19,109 bases of DNA from an uncultured bacterium (GTDB lineage: Bacteria; Lernaellota; Lernaellaia; Lernaellales; Lernaellaceae). The notes under the pieces are model-generated. The model made no database searches and was not told the DNA's origin. It saw nothing but the letters and a program-made list of their open reading frames with translations. Each line of letters opens with the position of its first letter. Position 1 is the first letter of the stretch. Positions 14,913-19,109 of this stretch are shown here, in pieces. Made by a program: the position numbers and the translations under genes. Location: positions 1 through 19,109 of the forward strand of contig CAZHPN010000004.1 of the NCBI GenBank assembly GCA_964534375.1, read 5' to 3'.

Positions 14913-15374
14913 TCAAAAGCCCGGCACACATCCCGGCGCGCGCACCATCAACACGGGCACGCACGCAGAACGCAACGTCTTGTCGGCGACGCTGCCCCAC
15001 ATCCACCGCCGGATGCCCGACCGGCCGTGGGTGGCGATGACGATCAAGTCGACGCCGTTTTTCTCCGCGTAGTCCGCGAGCGTGTCGGCATCGTGCCCGA
15101 CGAGCACCTTCGTCTCGACGCGAGCGCCGTTCACGGTGACGCGCCCGGCCACGCCCTGCAGGTATTTCTCGGCGCTCTCCAGATTTTCCTGGTCGATTTT
15201 CTCGACCTGCGCATCGGGCAGGACGAAATCGCCGACCGTATGCTGCGCCGGCGTCACCACGCGAATCAGCACGATGTCCACGATTTCGCAACCGCGCGCC
15301 AAAGCCTCGACGTGCGGCAGAACGCATTCGGCAAGTTTCGAACCGTCCAACGGCGCCATGATCCGAGTGTACAT
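14913..15374 (-). CDS. universal stress protein (UspA family)
   Basis: IMAPLDGSKLAE and DLIVIATHGRSGIRRWMWGSVADKTLR...PVLMV; AGGAGAGG RBS. Confidence 0.95.
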   Translation of the reverse strand: MYTRIMAPLDGSKLAECVLPHVEALARGCEIVDIVLIRVVTPAQHTVGDFVLPDAQVEKIDQENLESAEKYLQGVAGRVTVNGARVETKVLVGHDADTLADYAEKNGVDLIVIATHGRSGIRRWMWGSVADKTLRSACVPVLMVRAPGCVPGF

Positions 15375-15629
15375 CTGCCTCTCCTTTTCAGCGGCCCGCG
15401 CGGGCTGACAAACGGTCCCGGAGCGCTACGCTTGCGCGTCCGCGTCGCCGCGTCAAAACTCGACCGCAAACCACCGAACCCGGCCGCTCCGAGGTCTTGA
15501 TCAGGCGGTCGGTTGTCGAAAAGAACATAAGCGCGCATCGTCCAAGAGCAACGGGGGTGGAAGTATTTTCAGAATTGATTTTAAACTTAGTTCGCGCCGC
15601 GGGGCGATTTCGAATCGCTTTTCGCGGGC

Positions 15630-16997
15630 CTACCGTTCGATTTCGGCCGGCGCTTTGGGAATGCCCGGGCCGAGCACGCGGCAGCCGTCCGCCGTAATCA
15701 GCAGGTCGTCCTCGATGCGGACGCCGCCGAAGCCGAGATACTGCCGCGCTGCGGAATAATTAATGAATTCCGCGTGGCGCTTTTCGGTCTCCCACAAATC
15801 GAGCAGCGGCGGATTGAAGTAGACGCCCGGTTCATCGGTGACGACGAACCCCGGCTCGAGCCGCCGCGCCAGCCGCAGGAAGCCGAGCCCGAATTGCGTC
15901 GACCGCGCCTCGCCCTCGGGGTAGCCCACGATGTCGCCGAGATCTTCTATGTCGTGCGTATCGAGGCCCAGCATGTGGCCGATGCCGTGCGGAAAAAACA
16001 ACGCGTGCGCGCCCGCCTGCACCGCCTCTTCCAAGTCGCCGCGCATCAGGCCGATTTCCTTCAGGCCCGCCGCGATCTTGCGCGCCGCGATGAAATGGAG
16101 ATCGCGATTCGTGACCCGCGGCGACGCGGCCGCGATGACCGCGAGTTGCGCGTCGAGCACGACCTGGTAAATCGCCCGCTGCCGCTCGTCGAAGCGGCCG
16201 GCGACCGGAATGACGCGCGTAATGTCGGCCGAATAACCGCCCCGCGATTCGGCGCCGTAGTCGATGAGCAGCAAATCGCCGGCCTGCATGACGCGGTGAT
16301 AGCTGTTGTTGTGCAGGACCTCGCCGCGGACCGTGACGATCGGCAGAAACGCCTGCGGGCAATCTTGCGCGAGCGCCACGGCCTGCATCGCGCCGGCGAT
16401 CTCGGCTTCCACCCGGCCCGGGCGGACGGCGGCGCGCGCCGCGCGGAACATCGCCGCGGAAACGTCGAGCGCCGCCTCGATTTCCGCGACTTCTTCCCCG
16501 GATTTGACCGATCGCTGCCGGGCCACGGCGCGGGCGAGGTCGAGCGACGCGCCGGCCGCGATCTCGTTCGCCGGCCGGCCGAGCAGGCCGGCGAGTTTTT
16601 GCGCGATCGCGGCGCGATACGGCGGCAAGTAAAGAATCGGCGCGCCGCTTCTCCGCAGGTCGGCGACGGCCGTGGGCAACTGCGAAATGTCGCGCGCGTG
16701 GTCGACGCCGGCGCGCGCGGCCGTCTCGGCCGGCGACGGCAGCGGGCCGCTCCAGACGATCGTGTCGAGATCGGCGGCCGGGCCGAAGAAGATCTCCGCG
16801 CCGTCCGGGGTCAGCAGCAGCGCAACATCGGGCTGGCTGATGCCGGCGTAGTAGAGAAAATGCGAATCCTGGCGAAATGGGTAGACGTTGGCCGCGTAAT
16901 TGCGCGGCGCTTCGTCGAGGCCGAGAAACAGGATCGCGCCGTGCGGGACGTTCCGCCGCAGTTCTTGCCGGCGCGCGCGATAGGTTCTGGCGTCCAT
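15630..16997 (-). CDS. pepP: Xaa-Pro aminopeptidase (aminopeptidase P, M24B)
   Basis: YPFRQDSHFLY, LHN, LLLIDYGAE, YSADITR, HGIGHMLGLDTHD, TDEPGVY and GGVRIEDD motifs; GAGG RBS before ATG 16997. Confidence 0.93.
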   Translation of the reverse strand: MDARTYRARRQELRRNVPHGAILFLGLDEAPRNYAANVYPFRQDSHFLYYAGISQPDVALLLTPDGAEIFFGPAADLDTIVWSGPLPSPAETAARAGVDHARDISQLPTAVADLRRSGAPILYLPPYRAAIAQKLAGLLGRPANEIAAGASLDLARAVARQRSVKSGEEVAEIEAALDVSAAMFRAARAAVRPGRVEAEIAGAMQAVALAQDCPQAFLPIVTVRGEVLHNNSYHRVMQAGDLLLIDYGAESRGGYSADITRVIPVAGRFDERQRAIYQVVLDAQLAVIAAASPRVTNRDLHFIAARKIAAGLKEIGLMRGDLEEAVQAGAHALFFPHGIGHMLGLDTHDIEDLGDIVGYPEGEARSTQFGLGFLRLARRLEPGFVVTDEPGVYFNPPLLDLWETEKRHAEFINYSAARQYLGFGGVRIEDDLLITADGCRVLGPGIPKAPAEIER

Positions 16998-17095
16998 CGT
17001 CAACCTCGCGAATGGGGCGGGCGGCCCGCCGCATCTGTGGAATTTTGCGTAGGTTGCGCCAAGCGAGCGCCGATTTCAAGAAGCCGCAGGATCAA

Positions 17096-17123
17096 TGAAC
17101 AGTGAACAGCGAACAGTGAACAA
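17096..17123 (+). repeat. heptamer tandem array (TGAACAG)x4
   Basis: tgaacag-tgaacag-cgaacag-tgaacaa. Confidence 0.8.
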
Positions 17124-17215
17124 TGGCCCTTGTTCGCCACACCATGGGGCGATAAGGGACTCTGAAAATGGCTCCTGTTGCTCTGATGATCTGCCGTGAA
17201 AATCTCACTTCCGCA

Positions 17216-18535
17216 TCAAAATGCGAATTTCACCGAGGCCGAGAACAGGTGCATCAAGCCGCTGCTGCGAAACGCGTAGCCGTCGGAGGTTTCGGCGGTG
17301 CGCGACGGCAACAAATGAAGCTGGTAAGCGAAATCGAGATTGACGTCGAGGTCGAGCACGTTGTGCGAATCGAACAGCCAACCGCCGCCGCACGCCAGCA
17401 CGTGGTCGTCGTTGTCCAGAATCACCTTGCCGATAATGTCGTGATCGGGTTCGGGGAAGCGGGTGCCGATGATCCGAAACGGCGTTTGCTCGTAGCGGTA
17501 ACCCAGGCGCACCGTCGCGTTTTCCACCGGGTGCGCCTCGACCCCGGCGCGCGGCGTCCAGATGTCGACCGTGTCGAAATGCGCCTGCGAGCCGGCGAAA
17601 TACGAGCGCCGGGCGACGCGCTCGTAGCGCGACCAGTTCACCCAGCTTACGTCGGCCAGCGCCTTGACCGCCGGGGCGATCTGCCACGACGCGCCCGCCG
17701 ACGCCTCGCGCGGCACGTAGGTGTCGAGGAAATTCAACGGAATGCGCAACGTCGGCAGCGCCGCGCCAGCGATCGTCGGCGTGGCGATGACGTTGATCGA
17801 CTGAAACGCGCCGTAGGTTTCGTCGCGGTAGGTCAGCCCGACGCCCCACGTGTCGCCGTGCGCGAACAGACCGCCGAGAAACGCCGGCTGAATGCTGCCG
17901 CGGATCTGCGTGCCGTCATTGTACGTCACGCCGCTGACATCCGCCCGCGTGGTCACGACGCCGTGGCCGCGGACCCCGCCGTGCATGCCCAGGCCCAACG
18001 CCAGCCAATCCGTCACGCCCACCGCGGCCGCGAATTGCATCGTCAGGTTCGCCATGCCGTAGCGGTAAAACTCGCCGTCGGTGTTGCGCATGTCGTCGAA
18101 GGCGATCATCGAGAGAAAATTGTTGTCGATCGCGATGTTTACGCCGAAGCCGATCGGCGGCAGGCGCCAATCTTTGTTGAACAAACGCGAAATGTTGACG
18201 CGCGTCGAAAAATAACCGATGCGGTTGCCCTGCGAATTGCGGACGATCGGGCCGTGCTCCAGCCCCCCGCTGAGAAACGGAAAATCGCAAATGTAGCCGA
18301 ATTCCAGTTGTTGATCGTCGCCGACGGCCAGCCCGCCCGGGTTGTAGTACATCGCGCCCATGTCGTCCGCGTCGCCCGTCAACGCGTTGGCCAGCGCGAT
18401 GCCGCGGGCGCTCAAGCCCAGGCTGTTCGGCGTGTAGACGAGCGACGCGAACGACGGTTCGGCCGCGAAAGCGACCGCCGCGAACGCCATCACGGCCAAC
18501 AGACCGGGGCGGACGATTTGTCGCCGCTTCGGCAT
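17216..18535 (-). CDS. OmpP1/FadL/TodX family outer-membrane transporter
   Basis: Signal peptide, GLSARGIALANA plug, AMYYNPGGL (NPA-like motif), amphipathic beta strands and a C-terminal Phe (SVKFAF). Confidence 0.85.
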   Translation of the reverse strand: MPKRRQIVRPGLLAVMAFAAVAFAAEPSFASLVYTPNSLGLSARGIALANALTGDADDMGAMYYNPGGLAVGDDQQLEFGYICDFPFLSGGLEHGPIVRNSQGNRIGYFSTRVNISRLFNKDWRLPPIGFGVNIAIDNNFLSMIAFDDMRNTDGEFYRYGMANLTMQFAAAVGVTDWLALGLGMHGGVRGHGVVTTRADVSGVTYNDGTQIRGSIQPAFLGGLFAHGDTWGVGLTYRDETYGAFQSINVIATPTIAGAALPTLRIPLNFLDTYVPREASAGASWQIAPAVKALADVSWVNWSRYERVARRSYFAGSQAHFDTVDIWTPRAGVEAHPVENATVRLGYRYEQTPFRIIGTRFPEPDHDIIGKVILDNDDHVLACGGGWLFDSHNVLDLDVNLDFAYQLHLLPSRTAETSDGYAFRSSGLMHLFSASVKFAF

Positions 18536-18599
18536 CAACTTCCCTCAGGGTTGGAGCGGGACTTTAATTCCGCCAATGAGCGAATACAAGCAGCGGGAA

Positions 18600-18793
18600 T
18601 GAAGGAACAAGGGAGATGGAAAAAGGAAAAAGTCAGGGCCGCGACGACTTGTCGACACATGTGGCCCGTCAGGCCGCGAAAGCGTAACGTGTGGGCCGGC
18701 CCGGCCTGGGCGCACGCATTGCCGTGGAGGGGCTCCACGGCGGCTCGACTTTTTCCTTTGTCCTTGTTCCTTCTTTTTTTCCTTTTTCCTTCA
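18600..18793. repeat. MITE-like element: inverted purine/pyrimidine ~7-bp-periodic arms around an internal palindrome
   Basis: Left arm tgaaggaacaagggagatggaaaaaggaaaaagtc; the right arm reverse-complements to tgaaggaaaaagg...ggaacaaggacaaaggaaaaagtc. Internal palindrome gccgtggag-ggg-ctccacggc (18721-18741). Confidence 0.6.
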
Positions 18794-18834
18794 ACGAGTG
18801 TTATTTTTGGATTGCAACTTCCTGGGGGACGACT

Positions 18835-19109
18835 ATGGCTTTCATTTCGCAAAGCTTGGTGGACTTGATCGAGCGGCATGCGGCGGAATTGACGAACGAC
18901 TGGCTGGCCGACGTGCGGCGAAACACCGGCATGCCGACCTGCCACGACTGCGCCGACGATCATTTGTTCGACGAGACCTTCGCAGTTTACGGTCAGCTCA
19001 GCAAGTGGATTTCGCGCGACGAGCAGTCCAAGGAGGACATCACGCGCACCTATCTGGCGCTGGGCCGGCAGCGGCGGCAGGAGGGCATTCCGCTGTCGGA
19101 GGTCTTGCA
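18835..19109 (+). CDS. RsbRD N-terminal-like (globin-like helical) domain protein, partial
   Basis: Not in the ORF track. GGGGGA RBS, then MAFISQSLVDLIERHAAELTNDWLADVRRN...YLALGRQRRQEGIPLSEVL, running off the window end. Confidence 0.75.
   Translation, partial: MAFISQSLVDLIERHAAELTNDWLADVRRNTGMPTCHDCADDHLFDETFAVYGQLSKWISRDEQSKEDITRTYLALGRQRRQEGIPLSEVL

Noticed and set aside
17154..17168. AAGGGACTCTGAAAA resembling an IS5/IS1182-type end (similar word on the minus strand near 1012-1030)
   Set aside because: No transposase, matching partner end or target duplication; too short to support.
15774..18868. Long + strand ORFs 15774..17105 and 17168..18868 (also 10581..11483)
   Set aside because: Antisense shadows of pepP, the FadL-family gene and the NmrA-like gene.

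Overview
GC-rich chromosomal window from a diderm bacterium. DUF4388/MshEN modules, Cys-rich repeats and poly-Asp lipoproteins suggest a deltaproteobacterial or Myxococcota-like lineage (inference). From left to right it holds a DUF3795 Cys-rich gene and a small divergent ORF sharing a Fur-box-like site, then a tightly coupled three-gene operon: an orphan ParA/Soj ATPase, a 3-TM membrane protein with a ParB-like N-terminal peptide, and a 1202-aa pseudo-receiver/DUF4388-MshEN/~7-TM/HEXXH metallopeptidase/TPR fusion. Next come a REP-like palindrome cluster, three paralogous lipoproteins with 14, 7 and 0 beta-propeller-type repeats, and a perfect parS palindrome at 10573-10588. A run of minus-strand genes follows: NmrA-like oxidoreductase, LtrA, exported beta-carbonic anhydrase, receiver-DUF3052 fusion, small lipoprotein, USP, Xaa-Pro aminopeptidase and a FadL-family outer-membrane protein. 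The window ends in a partial RsbRD_N-like gene. Several intergenic spacers carry 7-10 bp tandem repeats. No RNA genes, transposases or CRISPR arrays were seen. The best candidate for an undescribed system is the ParA + membrane partner + signalling protease operon. All domain calls come from motif recognition by eye, not database searches.
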